Notes under the pieces: generated by a model
Seen by the model: the letters and a program-made list of their open reading frames with translations, nothing else
Databases searched by the model: none
What the model was told of the DNA's origin: nothing
Program-made: the position numbers and the translations under genes
Shown: piece after piece, positions 34,602-47,555 of the stretch
Position numbering within the stretch: the first letter of the stretch is position 1
Layout: each line of letters starts with the position of its first letter
From: an uncultured Methanosarcinaceae archaeon
GTDB lineage: Archaea; Halobacteriota; Methanosarcinia; Methanosarcinales; Methanosarcinaceae
Length of the DNA: 64,000 nt
Assembly (NCBI GenBank): GCA_963733675.1
Contig: CAVTET010000001.1
Coordinates: forward strand, 96,001-160,000
Direction: 5' to 3'

Positions 34602-35771
34602 TTATAATGCAAATCTCTTTTCTAGTCCTGTAAGGTTCTCACACCCATTTTCTGTGACAAGTACCATATCCTCAAGTCTGATTCCTCCAGTCTTAGGGTA
34701 GTATAGGCCAGGTTCTATAGTGATTAAGTTACCTTTTTCAAGAACATATCCATTTTCTCCTACTGCTGGAAGTTCATGTACGTCCAGTCCAACGCCATGC
34801 CCTGTGGAATGAATAAATCCAAATTTTGAACCGTTTCTGTAGGTTTCATAACCCTTTTTCTCGAATATGTCACAGACTGCATTATGCACATCAGCTGTAG
34901 ATACACCTGGCTTAATCATTTCAATCCCTTTTTCTTGGGCTGCAAGTACAGCTTGGTACATTTCTTTTAACTCTTTTGAAGCCTCTCCGTGAAGTATCGT
35001 TCGCGTCATATCCGCAAAATAGCGTTCCCTCTTGCTCCTCGGGAAAATATCCAAGATAATTGGCGAATTTGCCCAGAGAGGACCATCTGTAGTGCCATGC
35101 GGATTTACTGTATCTTTACCACATGAAACGATAATTTCTTCGGCTTCACACCCAAAATCAAGCAATGTATGGTCAATGACTGCTTTTACTTTAGTGCCGG
35201 TAAGTATCTGCCCTTCATGATACAAGTTTCCTTTTCTTTCTTCTGCTTTTGCGATCAGGAAGATCGCTGCTTTCATAGCTTTTTCTCCTGCCATTTGAGC
35301 ATACTTTATAGACTTAATTTCTTCCGGTTTTTTCAGGCCCCTTATTTTCCTGAAAGGGCTTTTCACAGGTACTATGGAAAAACCTGATTTTTCAAAGTAA
35401 TTTGAGTAAAATATCGGAAAATCGTAAGGCACTGCAACTTTTTTTGCTCCTTCTCTAAGGAGCAACTCTGATATACAAGCTGCATAGGCAACATACATAT
35501 CTTTTTTCTCCTTGATCTTCTCCCTGTAGCCAAAGTCCTGAGTCGTTATTATAACTGAAATCCTTGATTCGATTTCTGCCCTTCCCTTTTCCATTTCCGA
35601 AATAAAAAGTATTTCTTCTCCTGCTCTTGTTTGCAGATAAACAAACTCATCCGAAGATAGGAAATGGGTTACATAGTAAATATCAGAATTATGGATATTT
35701 CCTATCATAAGATAAGCATCAGTTCCTGCTTCCTCAAGGGTCTTCTTTATGCTGAATTCTGGCTCTTTCAT
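34602..35771 (-). CDS. Xaa-Pro aminopeptidase (M24 family)
   Basis: YFADMTRT, HSTGHGVGLDVHE, TIEPGLY, GIRLED. Confidence 0.92.
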   Translation of the reverse strand: MKEPEFSIKKTLEEAGTDAYLMIGNIHNSDIYYVTHFLSSDEFVYLQTRAGEEILFISEMEKGRAEIESRISVIITTQDFGYREKIKEKKDMYVAYAACISELLLREGAKKVAVPYDFPIFYSNYFEKSGFSIVPVKSPFRKIRGLKKPEEIKSIKYAQMAGEKAMKAAIFLIAKAEERKGNLYHEGQILTGTKVKAVIDHTLLDFGCEAEEIIVSCGKDTVNPHGTTDGPLWANSPIILDIFPRSKRERYFADMTRTILHGEASKELKEMYQAVLAAQEKGIEMIKPGVSTADVHNAVCDIFEKKGYETYRNGSKFGFIHSTGHGVGLDVHELPAVGENGYVLEKGNLITIEPGLYYPKTGGIRLEDMVLVTENGCENLTGLEKRFAL

Positions 35772-36301
35772 GCAAGATCATTTTGCTTTATGTGGATAAA
35801 ATTCTTATCGTCAGATTTTTTTTTCCGACTATACTTAACATTTTCTTTCTTTATTCCAGTCGAATAACCTGCATCTTGCTATGGGATGGAAACTTCTCCG
35901 AGAATCAGTATCCCCTTTTCCATAGATGTATACAAGAGTGCCATCTATTCTAATAGTAGCTAAATAGGCAAACAAATTCTACATTTGTGTATATTTGCAA
36001 AATGTGGTTCCTAAGAGCTATCCAGTAAATTTTCACAATTTAAACCGGGCTTTCAAGAAAAACTAGCTTCTAGAATTCTCCTAATTTTCTGGAAACAACT
36101 TCCTGCAGAGGTTTTAAATTGTATTCAAACTCAAAAAAGTTTTGGACATTTAGATTCTAACTTAATTATTTCTAAACGTATACAATATACATACAAATTA
36201 TGGGATTTATATAAAAACTCAAATGAGATTGAACAAATTTTAAGATAAATACTTATGTAAAGAAAAGGGGTATGCACCTTAAAAGGTGCTTTAATTTATT
36301 T

Positions 36302-36766
36302 TTAGAACCTAACATCTTTGTTGATGATGAGCTGATTTGTCTTCAAATCGATGATTTTAATGTTGACAATATCACCAGATATTGGCCCTGTCCCAAAAAC
36401 ATTCATATCATCGGTATTAGCCAGCGAGAGTATTTTCATATCACCAACACTCAAGTTATCGAGACTAGAAGTGTTAACTGCAACAGATTTAGTTCCAAGA
36501 GATGCAGTAACTTTCGTTATTGAGTCTCGAAAGTAAATTTGATCTCCGCCAAGGTGTTCAAGTTTTACAGATGCTATGCCAGTAGCATTAGAAGTATCAT
36601 TTGCTTTAATATCGATGTTCGCCTGTGGTGCAGATTTGGTAGATCCCTGGCTGAAGACGGTAGAACCGATTGCAGCAGCGAGAATGACAGTTATTGCAAC
36701 CATCAGGATGACACCGATTACAGGGGACACTGCATCTGTATTCCTAAATAATTTCTTGAGATCCAT
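36302..36766 (-). CDS. Archaeal type IV pilin (Pilin_N/DUF1628)
   Basis: Class III signal DAVSPVIGVILMVAITVILAAAI; LEHLGGD. Confidence 0.9.
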   Translation of the reverse strand: MDLKKLFRNTDAVSPVIGVILMVAITVILAAAIGSTVFSQGSTKSAPQANIDIKANDTSNATGIASVKLEHLGGDQIYFRDSITKVTASLGTKSVAVNTSSLDNLSVGDMKILSLANTDDMNVFGTGPISGDIVNIKIIDLKTNQLIINKDVRF

Positions 36767-37083
36767 CTGTTTCTCCCTCCGGGTTAAAGTTACTCAGACA
36801 GTATACACGCCTGAAACTTCTAACAATTATTATACACAGATAAACTATATACAGTTAACAATATATAGCTTTTTATAGTGTGATACCCCATATTCTTCAT
36901 TCTTATATGCATTTTTGTTGATCACATTATTATATTATTTACATAATCTATAGTGGCTAAGTATCATTATTCTTTATTAATCATTTTTAAGTAATATATT
37001 ATTATTTACAGACAGTCAAGTTAATATCCAATTAATAGCTATGTAACATGGGTAATATAAAATATTGATAATGTGGTTTTAAC

Positions 37084-37575
37084 TTGGAGGGCAAAAAATA
37101 TAGGGCACTTGGCGAGAACTGTCAGGCAGTTTCAGAAGTCTTAGGACAGGTGCTCATGATAGCTATAATCGTATTATCTTTATCTTCATTAGCAACTACG
37201 ATATTTTCGGATGTTGTAGTCATAAATCCTCCTCATAAGCAGCATACCTACATCTCTGAAAGAATTGACACTAATGCCGATACTATTCAGATATTGCATA
37301 GTGGTGGAGAAGTCATTAATCTAAAAACGCTCAAGATCATACTCAGTGTCAATGGAAAGTTGGCTAAGTTTAACATGTCCGATCCTAGTGTTAAGGTTTT
37401 GAATTCGAGAGGTTCAGTGCTTGATAATGGTTTTCTGATGCTAGGCGACTGTATAGAAATCAATGTGAGACAACTGGGGATTTACCTGAAGGATAAAGAC
37501 ACTGTTGATATGTATCTTGTGAACACTAAATCTGGTCAGGTGATCCAGAGGGTTGCACTCCATGGGGGAGAATGA
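37084..37575 (+). CDS. Archaeal type IV pilin-like protein
   Basis: QAVSEVLGQVLMIAI class III signal; ILHSGGE. Confidence 0.85.
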   Translation: MEGKKYRALGENCQAVSEVLGQVLMIAIIVLSLSSLATTIFSDVVVINPPHKQHTYISERIDTNADTIQILHSGGEVINLKTLKIILSVNGKLAKFNMSDPSVKVLNSRGSVLDNGFLMLGDCIEINVRQLGIYLKDKDTVDMYLVNTKSGQVIQRVALHGGE

Positions 37576-37626
37576 AAAAAGAAAAACAAGAGGATATTCT
37601 ATTTCAGAATCACACGATGTCCTGTT

Positions 37627-38577
37627 ATGAAAATCAGAATGAGTAGAAGCTTCGGAGAGGTCATTAAAAGCTTATCAAAATCGGAATTAGCAGCATCCAC
37701 AGTCATTGCCGCAGTACTACTGCTAAGCATCCTATTTACAATATTTGCAGTGGTAAGGATTGCGTATGTTCCGGAATGGAAAACTGATGCTGAACAATCA
37801 CATATGAGTGAAGTCCAGAGGGATATGACAGGATTAAAATCAACAGTAGACATGATTATTTTTCTTATGGCTACAAACACAAGTTATTCAGCACGACCTC
37901 CCTTAACGGTTCCATTTAGCATGGGTGGAGGAGAAATATCTATTCTGGAACCCTCAAAATCAAGCGGGACACTGTCAATAAATACACGATCATACAAAAT
38001 GACCATAATCCCAACATTGGGTAATGAAACATCAATTAACTCTAACATAATTACTTATCATTCGAACAACAGGCAATATGTGGATCAGGTTTTCAGGTAT
38101 GAAAACGGAGCTGTTATTCTTGTCCAAGACGACAGATCATTAATGACACAGTTTCCCACATTAATCAGTATAAATCAAATTAGTGAACATAACTATAATG
38201 TTTTGATCCAAGCAATCAACTTATCAGGAAATTCAGACTCTATTTCTTCGGAGACATATACTTACTTGAGATTGACTGGAAGTAAATCTAATGATATAGA
38301 CTTAGGGAATATTAATTCATTTGACTGTATAATTTCCACTAAATATCCGGATGCTTGGGAGTCTTATTTCAAAGAAAATCTCAATGAAATCTCTAAAGAA
38401 GCAGGTCTTAAATATGGCACAGATTTCATATTTGATCCAAAAGACTACTCAGACAAGGTACATTTAAAATTTCTTGCTGGCAACAAAAACCAAAACCATT
38501 ACAGACTTTCGATAAGAGAATATGTTATCATGGCAGAAATTGGAGCAAGGAATAGTTTTAATCAATACAAATCATAA
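37627..38577 (+). CDS. Large pilin-like protein
   Basis: LAASTVIAAVLLL signal-like helix, YVPEWK..AEQSHM, YENGAVIL. Confidence 0.75.
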   Translation: MKIRMSRSFGEVIKSLSKSELAASTVIAAVLLLSILFTIFAVVRIAYVPEWKTDAEQSHMSEVQRDMTGLKSTVDMIIFLMATNTSYSARPPLTVPFSMGGGEISILEPSKSSGTLSINTRSYKMTIIPTLGNETSINSNIITYHSNNRQYVDQVFRYENGAVILVQDDRSLMTQFPTLISINQISEHNYNVLIQAINLSGNSDSISSETYTYLRLTGSKSNDIDLGNINSFDCIISTKYPDAWESYFKENLNEISKEAGLKYGTDFIFDPKDYSDKVHLKFLAGNKNQNHYRLSIREYVIMAEIGARNSFNQYKS

Positions 38578-39010
38578 ACTTCCTTTTGCAAACTTTAGTA
38601 GCAAAGTAGAGTTATGCTCACTTCTCTTTTATAGTCTACAGATCCACCAAAAAGCATAGAAGAATGGGACTAGATCTTTGGAGATGGGGTTTACTCAACT
38701 GAGCAAAATCCAATGCACATATATTCAGCAGCAAGAAATAATACAATATAACTTAATGTAAACAATGCAAATGGTAAAAATTCAAAGGTGAGCAATATGA
38801 ATGTAACAATGTCTCTAGAAAAATCAGTTATAGGCTTTTTCAGTAAAGCTATTTGAAACATGTACATTTGCTTGTTGTCTTTACTGACCCAAATCTATGA
38901 ATGTCTACTTCATGAACATGGAATTTTTAGAGATGGGACACAAATTCTCCTGCCACGAAATCTGTACATGCATGCAATAAAGCTGGAAAAATACAGTTAG
39001 CTTAAAAGTA
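38578..39010 (+). pseudogene. PKD-domain remnants, probably the lost C-terminus of the preceding gene
   Basis: PFANFS; EWD*IFGDGVYSTEQNPMHIYS; a second degraded unit follows (SFTDP..WNF..DGT). Confidence 0.65.
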
Positions 39011-39959
39011 AGTCAAGAGGTCAGAAAAATAAGCAACACTGAATTATTTATACACATCAGTCTATATTTAGTGAAAGCCTTAAATTCAACATTTAACTAA
39101 CTGGTTCAGATATTCATCAAAATTCCCCCCCATTTTCATGATCTTTGCAGAAAAGTAATACCGAGCATTTATTATTTATGGAGCGCTGAGAGTCATGAAT
39201 TCCTTGCCGTTTAGGCAGTGGATGATGTGAACACTAACATTTTTTTGTTTCCGTTTAAACTTTTAAATTATTGTTTTGCTGTAAAACAGTTTTTTTGTCA
39301 CTACGGTCATAGATGATACTATTCACATCTGAAAGGGCTTTGATATGCATTGTAATTAAATAGCTTTAGCAATGCTATTGTCGGATCATCTATTACAAGC
39401 ATTGGTGCCTTATTATCGATACAATATATTCTCCAACAAGCGAATTAAAAGGAATTACATGTCTATCTTTACCTCGATTTTTGTTGAACAAGGCTACTAA
39501 TTCATGCTATGTAAGTGGTAGAATCTCGCATTCACTCATTCCTGGAATCCCATTCAAACGGCTTTCTATTAGAGGCTGTTTAATACTTTAAAGGAGGGAA
39601 TTCTTAAAGATTTTCCAAAGTTCATCCTAATTGAAAAATTATATCGTAATGGGGATCGTATAGTCAAATGATAAGTTCTATAGATTCGTTTGAGCGGTGG
39701 CAGCTGATACAATAAACAATACATTCCGGAATCTTAGAGAGAACCTAAAGCAGAGTTTTAATCATCTAGATTAAAGGAATAGGATAAAACAAGAATCGAT
39801 GATTTTTGAATTTCGACTAATTGACTGGTTGGTCTAAACGTATATCCCATCATTTCGTTCGTAGTAGACACAAATAATCATAATTTGAGCGTTTTATTCA
39901 ACGAATTTCATATTGGTTTCAATTAATTCCTCTGAGCAAAGCACATTTCTAAGCTATAA

Positions 39960-40030
39960 GTTAGTCCGCTTGAGCCTAGCGAAACGAACATCTTGCTGCT
40001 GAAGCAAAATTCGGATGGCTCAACTCGACT
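39960..40030. repeat. Structured palindromic intergenic element at the 3' end of hisB
   Basis: AGTC..TTGAGCC...TTGCT..AGCAA...GGCTCAA..GACT nested inverted repeats; resembles a dispersed Methanosarcina repeat (recollection, not checked). Confidence 0.5.
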
Positions 40031-40031
40031 T

Positions 40032-40607
40032 CTAGAGAGTACCCTTCGTACTTTTTATATTTTTTCCTTCTATTTTTACTGCTCGTTTCATGGCGTAGGC
40101 AAAAGCCTTGAAGAGAGCTTCGATTTTGTGATGGTCGTTATCTCCATAGACGCTTGCATGTATCGTAATTTTTGCATTTGAGGCAAGAGTATCGAAGAAG
40201 TGCCTCACCAGCTGGGTATTGAACTGTCCCACATTGGGTGCAGCAAAGTCTGCTTTCAGGACAAGATATCTGCGCCCACTAATATCCAAAGCAACGTCTG
40301 CAAGAGCCTCATCCATTGGAATTCTGGCTTCCCCAAAACGAGCGATTCCTATCATGTTTCCAAGCGCTTCTGCAATAGCCTTTCCGAGAACTATCCCTGT
40401 ATCTTCCACTAGGTGATGCTCGTCTACGTAAAGGTCGCCCTCGGAACGAATCTTAATGTCAAATTCTGCATGTCGCGCAAAGGAAGTAAGCATATGGTCC
40501 AAAAATCCGATTCCTATGCTGATATCTGCAATTCCTGTACCATCGAGGTTCAGTTCAAGTTGGATATCAGTTTCTTTTGTCTTGCGGGATATTTTGCTTG
40601 TTCTCAT
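40032..40607 (-). CDS. hisB: Imidazoleglycerol-phosphate dehydratase
   Basis: [37 protein letters not shown]. Confidence 0.96.
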   Translation of the reverse strand: MRTSKISRKTKETDIQLELNLDGTGIADISIGIGFLDHMLTSFARHAEFDIKIRSEGDLYVDEHHLVEDTGIVLGKAIAEALGNMIGIARFGEARIPMDEALADVALDISGRRYLVLKADFAAPNVGQFNTQLVRHFFDTLASNAKITIHASVYGDNDHHKIEALFKAFAYAMKRAVKIEGKNIKSTKGTL

Positions 40608-40738
40608 AGAGCATCACATTCTCTTAAATTAAATAAATGCCTCGCATTTAGCAGCTTTTTGAATCCTGATAGTTTATTCCAGAAAATCAAGTGTACTTAT
40701 CTAATCGCTCTGCTGTAAGAAAAAGACAGGGCACCCCA

Positions 40739-41485
40739 TCAGTCATACTTTGTGGACTCAATAGCTTCCTCAAGAGAAAATCTGCCTGTGTAAAGAGCAC
40801 TGCCGATCACCACCCCTATTGCTCCAGTTTTCTTCAGAATTTGCAGGTCGTGCAAAGAACCCACTCCCCCAGATGCAATTACAGGGATAGTGACTGATTC
40901 AACAAGTTCCTTTGTAGGACCAGGATCCACTCCTTGCATAAGACCTTCAGTATCTATATTCGTAAAAAGCAAACTTCCTGCACCTAGCTCCTCAAACTTT
41001 TTGCCCATTTCTACAGAAGTTTGCGTGCACTCCTCAGTCCAGCCTTTGATTGAGACTTTTCCGTTCTTAGCATCCAGAGCAACAGTTATGTATACGCTTC
41101 CAAAGGAATTGACAAGCAGTTTTACCAGTTCCGGATTTTGGATGGCAGCAGTTCCAAGAATTACTCTTGAAACTCCTAGTTTAAGGAGAGCAGCTGCATT
41201 TTCAAAATTTCTAATTCCTCCTCCTACTTGAATACAAACTCCTTTTTCCTTACAGACCTCTACTATCTTTTCAATAATTTGAGTATTTTTGCGTTCTCCT
41301 TCTATTGCACCATCGAGATCTACAAGGTGCAGACACTCTGCACCTTTGTTAATCCAGTCCAAGGCAACTGAAAGAGGATTGTCTAGGGATATAATTTCAC
41401 TACCAGGTACTCCCTGCACAAGCTGAACACACTTTCCACCCCTCATATCCACCGCAGGAATCACTACAAAAACCAAGAACACCAC
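40739..41485 (-). CDS. hisA: ProFAR isomerase
   Basis: IPAVD..GKCVQL.QG, HLVDLDGA, QVGGGIR, ASGG. Confidence 0.95.
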   Translation of the reverse strand: MVFLVFVVIPAVDMRGGKCVQLVQGVPGSEIISLDNPLSVALDWINKGAECLHLVDLDGAIEGERKNTQIIEKIVEVCKEKGVCIQVGGGIRNFENAAALLKLGVSRVILGTAAIQNPELVKLLVNSFGSVYITVALDAKNGKVSIKGWTEECTQTSVEMGKKFEELGAGSLLFTNIDTEGLMQGVDPGPTKELVESVTIPVIASGGVGSLHDLQILKKTGAIGVVIGSALYTGRFSLEEAIESTKYD

Positions 41486-41545
41486 TTCTCCACTAAACTT
41501 ATAAAATAATATTTCAATGTTCCCATGATTGTAGGTCTTTTCCTT

Positions 41546-42415
41546 TCAGGGCATGATTCTTTCAATCGGTACAACAAGGATGTCTCTTGCACCTATTTTT
41601 TTCAGTTTATTTACAATGGTAAATATTAGGTTTGCATCAACAACTGCATGAACTGCAAGAATTGACTCTTCAGGATGTTTGCTAGATTCAACCTTCATAA
41701 CAGTAGGCCCTGACATTCCAGGTAGCACTTCTTTTATTGCCTTTAAAGAGGTTTCAGGAACATTCATCATGAGATATCGCCGTTCTTTTGCATTAAGCAC
41801 ACTTTCGAGCGCAGTTTTGATATCAAGGATTTTATCTTTTGTCTGTAGGCTCTCTTTGTTAGCTATTAGATAAACTGTTGAGGAAAATACTTTGTCAATA
41901 GCTTTCATGTGGTTGATCATCAGAGTTGTTCCGGAACTTGAAATATCTACAATAGCATCCGCAATTCCTACATGTGGGGTAACCTCGCAAGCACCGCTAA
42001 CCTTTATGATGTTAATGTCAACTCCCAGCCCTTTGAAGTACTGGCCAGTAATCCTCGGAAATTCAGTTGCAACTTTTTTGCCTTCAAGATCCTGAGCTTT
42101 CTCAAAATTAGAGTCTTCGAGCACAGCTAGTACAAGGTTTGATTTTCCGAATTTAAGGTCTAAAAGAGTTTCAACATCTGCTTCTCTTTCCGTAATTAGG
42201 TCTATACCTGTGATACCAACGTCAGCAGCTCCATCTTGTACATACTCAGGAATATCACTAGCCCTGGCAAAGAGGATGCTGATCTCTGGATCTATGGTCT
42301 TTTCAAACAGTTTTCGGCTTTCGGCTCCCCCGCTTATTGGGAAGCCTGCATCGCGGAAAATAGATATTGTGGGTTCGTGAAGGCGTCCTTTATTTGGTAT
42401 TACAATGCGAATCAT
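41546..42415 (-). CDS. hisG: ATP phosphoribosyltransferase (long form)
   Basis: PNKGRL, DIPEYV, GACE..P..GIADAIVD..SSGTT, LPGMSGPTV. Confidence 0.96.
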   Translation of the reverse strand: MIRIVIPNKGRLHEPTISIFRDAGFPISGGAESRKLFEKTIDPEISILFARASDIPEYVQDGAADVGITGIDLITEREADVETLLDLKFGKSNLVLAVLEDSNFEKAQDLEGKKVATEFPRITGQYFKGLGVDINIIKVSGACEVTPHVGIADAIVDISSSGTTLMINHMKAIDKVFSSTVYLIANKESLQTKDKILDIKTALESVLNAKERRYLMMNVPETSLKAIKEVLPGMSGPTVMKVESSKHPEESILAVHAVVDANLIFTIVNKLKKIGARDILVVPIERIMP

Positions 42416-42699
42416 CTACTCTGCCCTCGAATAGTTATTTACCTTGGATTTTTTCCCCGAGTGTGTTCATTCTAACAGAATGTTTATCCAAAGTACTCTT
42501 TTACAATATAGACTTCACGGTAGATTTCACGGAAAATTTATGTGCTAAAGATTAGGCGTAAAAAAAATCTTTTTTAAGTAGTTGTAGTTTAATGAGATCA
42601 ATTTCCCGTAATCCTTAAATATTTACACTTCATTTGAGTCAAATTTTGGTCTGCTTATATACTGTTTCTCCAACTCTATATAATTTTGTTTTACTTTTA

Positions 42700-43605
42700 A
42701 AACAAAAAAAATCACTTTTGATTTTAGAGATAAATTATGAAAATATCAAGCAAATCGAAATCTATAATAGTGAACCTTTTCATTCTAAAGGGAATTTTTA
42801 AGTTTCTGTTGTGTATGAAGTAACTAAAACTCAATATATTGATGATGGGATTTATCGAGCTGTTGATGCTGGTATTATAACGATAGTACTGCTGTCAATA
42901 CCAGAGGTAAATCTTTGAAATAAGAACTCTTAGATTAGATCAATATTGGCAACCAAAATTAGATTCTCTAAAGTCTCGAAAAGATCATTTGAAGGACAAA
43001 AGAAATATTCTAAAAAAAATAAAAGATACCTTATACACAAAAGACTTATAAAATGATGAAATAATAAATCCAATCAGTTTAAGGATTTTCAACATAAACT
43101 TTTCCGAAATAATAATTGGTAATACCAAAGCCAATACTCTGATTATAAGATATTTGAAAAGCAAAACATGGCTGAATCTAAAAAATAGAATGGAAAGAGA
43201 ATACATTTTCAAAATAAATCCACTAAGAATCAAGGTTATCTTTTCACGTTCATCATTTTTTAGCTTATAAGTATGAACTTATAGGTAAATATTTGATATA
43301 AATCGATGAAATCTGTACTTTCAGAGAGTTTTATGTTTGTGGGACTAGGAAAGAAATACCTCTTTGGAAAATAACCCTAAATTTAGATTGTGGAAATGTT
43401 ATTAATTTAGATAGGAATAGTTCAATTCATTCATGAAACTTTTCCTACCACAAAGTTCTTTGTAGACAAGCTATCACTATTTTGTGGATAGTCTTCGACA
43501 AATGGTCTTGTTGGTGGTTATAAATCGCATTATTCCTGATAAAATGACTTAAGTACTTGAAGAGCGCTCCTTCCTCGATGCATCAGGGTTGGAGGGAGAG
43601 TTCAC
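42700..43605 (+). mobile_element. tnpB: Degraded tnpB (IS1341/IS605-type) with right end
   Basis: YRAVDAGI (RuvC-I-like), NQFKDFQHKLS, FLAYKYELIG, YVCG...DCGNVINLDRNS; hairpin CTCCTTCCTC...GGAGGGAG then TTCAC. Confidence 0.65.
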
Positions 43606-43930
43606 TAAATATAGATTCTGGAGTTATATATCCACGTACTGTAGATGTACACAAGAATACCAACCATTTTTTTTCAACATGACAGTAGTTTAAAATTGAT
43701 CTAACTTTCAATGAATAATAGTGGATAGAGAGGTAAACAAATTCCAAATATATGTACATATGCAGAATGTCGGATGTATAATATCATTGATATGTTTTTT
43801 AGTAATATGTTCGTGTAATAATAAGTGCAAAAAAGCAGACTTTTAATATTAACTGACTGAAAAATAGTAAAAAAACAACACCATCAGTACTAATTAAACT
43901 ACTGTTAATTTTAAAAAAAGAGGATCCAAA

Positions 43931-45127
43931 ATGGCCCGAAATATAAAAGTAGAAGAGCTCTTGCAAACTCCGATTGAGAAACAACAAATAGAGCTTGTAG
44001 AACGCAAAGGGATAGGGCATCCTGACAGCATATCAGATGGATTGGCTGAAGCCGTAAGCCGCGCTCTATGCAGGGAATACATCAGCAAATGTGGAGCTGT
44101 ACTTCACCACAACACCGATGAAACTCAGATTGTAGCTGGAAGGTCATGTCCAAGATTCGGAGGTGGGGAAGTACTGCAACCAATATATATTTTACTGGTG
44201 GGCAGAGCCACAAAAGAGTTCGAAAGTATCGAACTTGCTACCGAGTCTGTAGCTCTTCAAGCTGCAAGGAAATATCTTAGGAATACTCTTGTAAACATGG
44301 ACCTTGATAGAGATGTAATCATGGACTGCAAACTCGGAACAGGTTCTTCAGATCTAAGGGATGTATTCAAAAGAGATAGGGTTCCTATTGCAAATGATAC
44401 TTCCTTCGGCGTTGGCCATGCTCCTTTTTCTGAGCTTGAAAGTCTTGTCTACAATACAGAAAGGCAACTTCTCACAGACCTGAAATCACGTATTCCTGGC
44501 ATCGGAGAGGATATGAAGGTCATGGGATTGAGGGATGGGGAAGATATAACCCTTACAATATGTAGTGGCATGATTGGAAAATATATCGACGACTTGAACA
44601 GTTATATAAGTATAACTGAAGAGATGAAAAATTATGTAGGGGAACTTGCAACTCGTTACACTGAACGAGATGTGAAAGTCTTCATTAACGCAGGAGATAG
44701 CCTGGAAACATGTAGTGTTTTCCTCACAGTAACCGGAACTTCAGCTGAAATGGGAGATGACGGTTCCGTTGGGCGCGGAAACCGCTGTAATGGGTTGATA
44801 ACACCAAACAGGCCTATGAGTATGGAAGCTACAAGCGGAAAGAATCCGATCAACCATATAGGGAAAATTTACAACCTTCTAGCGACTCAGATCTCCCGTG
44901 ACATCGTGAAAAAAGTGTCAGGTGTAGAGGAAGTCTATGTTAGATTGCTTTCCCAGATAGGAAAACCAATTGACAAGCCACTTGTGGCAAGTGCTCAGAT
45001 TATCCCAAAAGAAGATACCTCCTTTGAAAAGGTTAAAGCGGAAACTGAAGTTGTGATTGATGACTGGTTTTCCAATGTGACAAAGATTACAGAAATGGTG
45101 ATTAAGGGTGAATTGAATACTTTCTAG
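43931..45127 (+). CDS. mat: Archaeal S-adenosylmethionine synthetase
   Basis: [43 protein letters not shown]. Confidence 0.96.
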   Translation: MARNIKVEELLQTPIEKQQIELVERKGIGHPDSISDGLAEAVSRALCREYISKCGAVLHHNTDETQIVAGRSCPRFGGGEVLQPIYILLVGRATKEFESIELATESVALQAARKYLRNTLVNMDLDRDVIMDCKLGTGSSDLRDVFKRDRVPIANDTSFGVGHAPFSELESLVYNTERQLLTDLKSRIPGIGEDMKVMGLRDGEDITLTICSGMIGKYIDDLNSYISITEEMKNYVGELATRYTERDVKVFINAGDSLETCSVFLTVTGTSAEMGDDGSVGRGNRCNGLITPNRPMSMEATSGKNPINHIGKIYNLLATQISRDIVKKVSGVEEVYVRLLSQIGKPIDKPLVASAQIIPKEDTSFEKVKAETEVVIDDWFSNVTKITEMVIKGELNTF

Positions 45128-45469
45128 ATACGATTTCTCAGTCGAGTATCCAACTACTTTCTGTGGGGGGTAACAACTTCTCAAATAACTGTTATTAACT
45201 AACTTATTTAGATTTTAAGCTATATTTGTTCCATAAAATGAAAATATTTCATGCAAACATTGTGTCCATAAAATAAGATATCAGATATCTTTTTTGTATG
45301 AAATATAGTCAAAAATTTATTTTGGGCAATGAAATCATCAACTATTTTAAGAATATTTCGATAAACCGTTTAATTTTATCATATCCTTTTATGTAGGGTA
45401 TATATGTGACTCATGAAATTCAGAGATTTATCAAAATTCTCTGTAATGTTTGTAATCAATGCTTGTTGT

Positions 45470-46130
45470 TTTGATAAAATTTTTCTGCCTTTTTTGATTT
45501 ATGCCATGGAGGTCTTTCCAGTAGAAGAAATATCTTTGCTCCTATAGCTTATCTTAAAAGCAGTTATGTTTTGGGATAGAGTCTATATTTTGTGTAATTC
45601 CTAAATCATATCCGTATAACTCTTCTTCAGCAAAATATCACTTAATATAGATTTTGGCTTTTGAATCACTAGTAAATTTAATCGATTTTTAGCCTTTAAT
45701 TGCCAAACATTCTGATTTATTTTAATCCATAAAAAGCTACTCTTGTCGCGAATAACGAACAGATGATTAGGGTTCATGAATCTTTTTTAAAATTCAGCTA
45801 TAAATTCATTGTAAGTTCCTAATTTCTCCTTTTTGATCTAGATTTATATATTATGTCCCGAAACCCTAAATTTTTACTAAGTAGTCAAGTCTTTATTTTG
45901 AAAAAGATATTCTTAATTTCTCTTTGACGAATCGAAGTACGTCTTTTGTTTGTCAAGCCAGATAATCATCTTTACCTGTTGGTCTTGGCTCTGAAAGTAC
46001 GTTCTTAACTCAAAAAGTTGTTCTGCTGTTAAAAGAGGCTTTACCCTTTAACCATGTTTACATTTAATACTGGATAAAGATTTTTTTGTCAGCATGTTTT
46101 ATTCAACGATAAATCTTTAGTAGATAGACT
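45470..46130 (-). mobile_element. IS630-like transposase remnant
   Basis: Minus-strand fragments KPLLTAEQLFEL, QTKDVLRFVKEK, FVIRDKSSF, IFLLLE..PWHKSKK. Confidence 0.5.
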
Positions 46131-46701
46131 AAAAAATCTTATGCAACTATAGCTGGACTCAAACCATTTTTAGCCAACAATAATGCTTGAGGCTCCACCT
46201 ACTATTTTTTTGTTGCAGGAACTAATTGTTGCCTTGCAATATCATACATAGTGAATATATCAAAGCTCATAATTAATAATTTACCTATCTTATATCTAAG
46301 AAATATAGCATTATATTAAGAATTGACCATAGATCAATTGCAATGTGAAACAGCAATTTCGAATTAAAAACTAAAGAGAATTTAGATAAATCCTTGATTT
46401 TTTTAAGTGTAATTTATATTCAATTTATAATTATATGATAAAATTTAGGGGTTTATCGAGAATTTCTAAATTATTACACAAGGTTGTACACGTGTGGTTT
46501 TTTGATGGAATTATCGGTTTGAATCTATTGCGAAGTCAATAAGAATATTCTATTCAGAATCTTCGTTTACACATCTTTGGGATTTTTTTAGTTTCTAAAT
46601 TAAGACTATCAACCGAAAAAGCGTGAATTTTTAGCCTTTTTTGTTTTTCTCACCTTTCAAGCATTGGAGACTTTCAATATCTTAACATTAATTTTATACT
46701 C

Positions 46702-47030
46702 ATGGAGAATTTTGCTGATTTTACTCGCAAGAAAGAATACAAACGTCTTCATTCAGTTGGAGACAAACTTGTTGAAATTGATTCCTTAAGGATTGGAAAT
46801 CTTATCATATCATTTTTGAGTTTATATTTTTTTACAAAACAAGTTATTGCGACAGATTTGGAGCTGATGCCATCTTCATGTTTTAAATACTTTTTACATC
46901 AATGATATGGTCTTTCGACTTCAAGCTTAAGAAACAAATTGTTGATCGAATTTCTTTCAGAAAATTTCTTGGTTTTCCTGAGTACTCCAGACAGTACCCC
47001 AGTCTGATAATTAAGAAAAATAATTATTGT
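46702..47030 (+). mobile_element. IS5-family transposase N-terminal remnant
   Basis: MENFADF..EYKRLHSVGDKLVEIDSL; DRISFRKFLGFPE; homologous to 18640-18770. Confidence 0.7.
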
Positions 47031-47555
47031 ATCACTTCAATGGAGATATTTAGGATTCGATAAAACCCATATTTTTCGAATTTATATTATTGTATAATTT
47101 ATTTGTTTATTTGCACAATATATAACATTAAAGACGATGTATAAATGTAAATTTTTCTCATATTGAATTAGAGTGTTATATTTTAGGTATGTTCTCATAA
47201 AAATGTCAAAAATCTATGAAACATATGACATCAAGGTGAATATAAATTAACCTAAACCATATAATCTCATTTTTCAGTCAAAATTTGTTTCTAGTAAATA
47301 TTAGTTTCTTACTTATATTTCGCTATACATTATATTCTCTGAATAATAATACTCTGATGGTACAATTTAAAAACGATTAAACCGGCAAATAATATAGCAC
47401 ATAACTTAACAAATAAACTTCTCTTAAAAAAAGAAAATGGGTAATGTATTGGCAGATTGCTGCTTACTCAGTGAACTTGCTGGTGGAAGTAAATTGGAAC
47501 TCAACAGTCTAAAAAATTGTACAAAACGGAACAAAAGTTCGGAGTGTATACAAAT

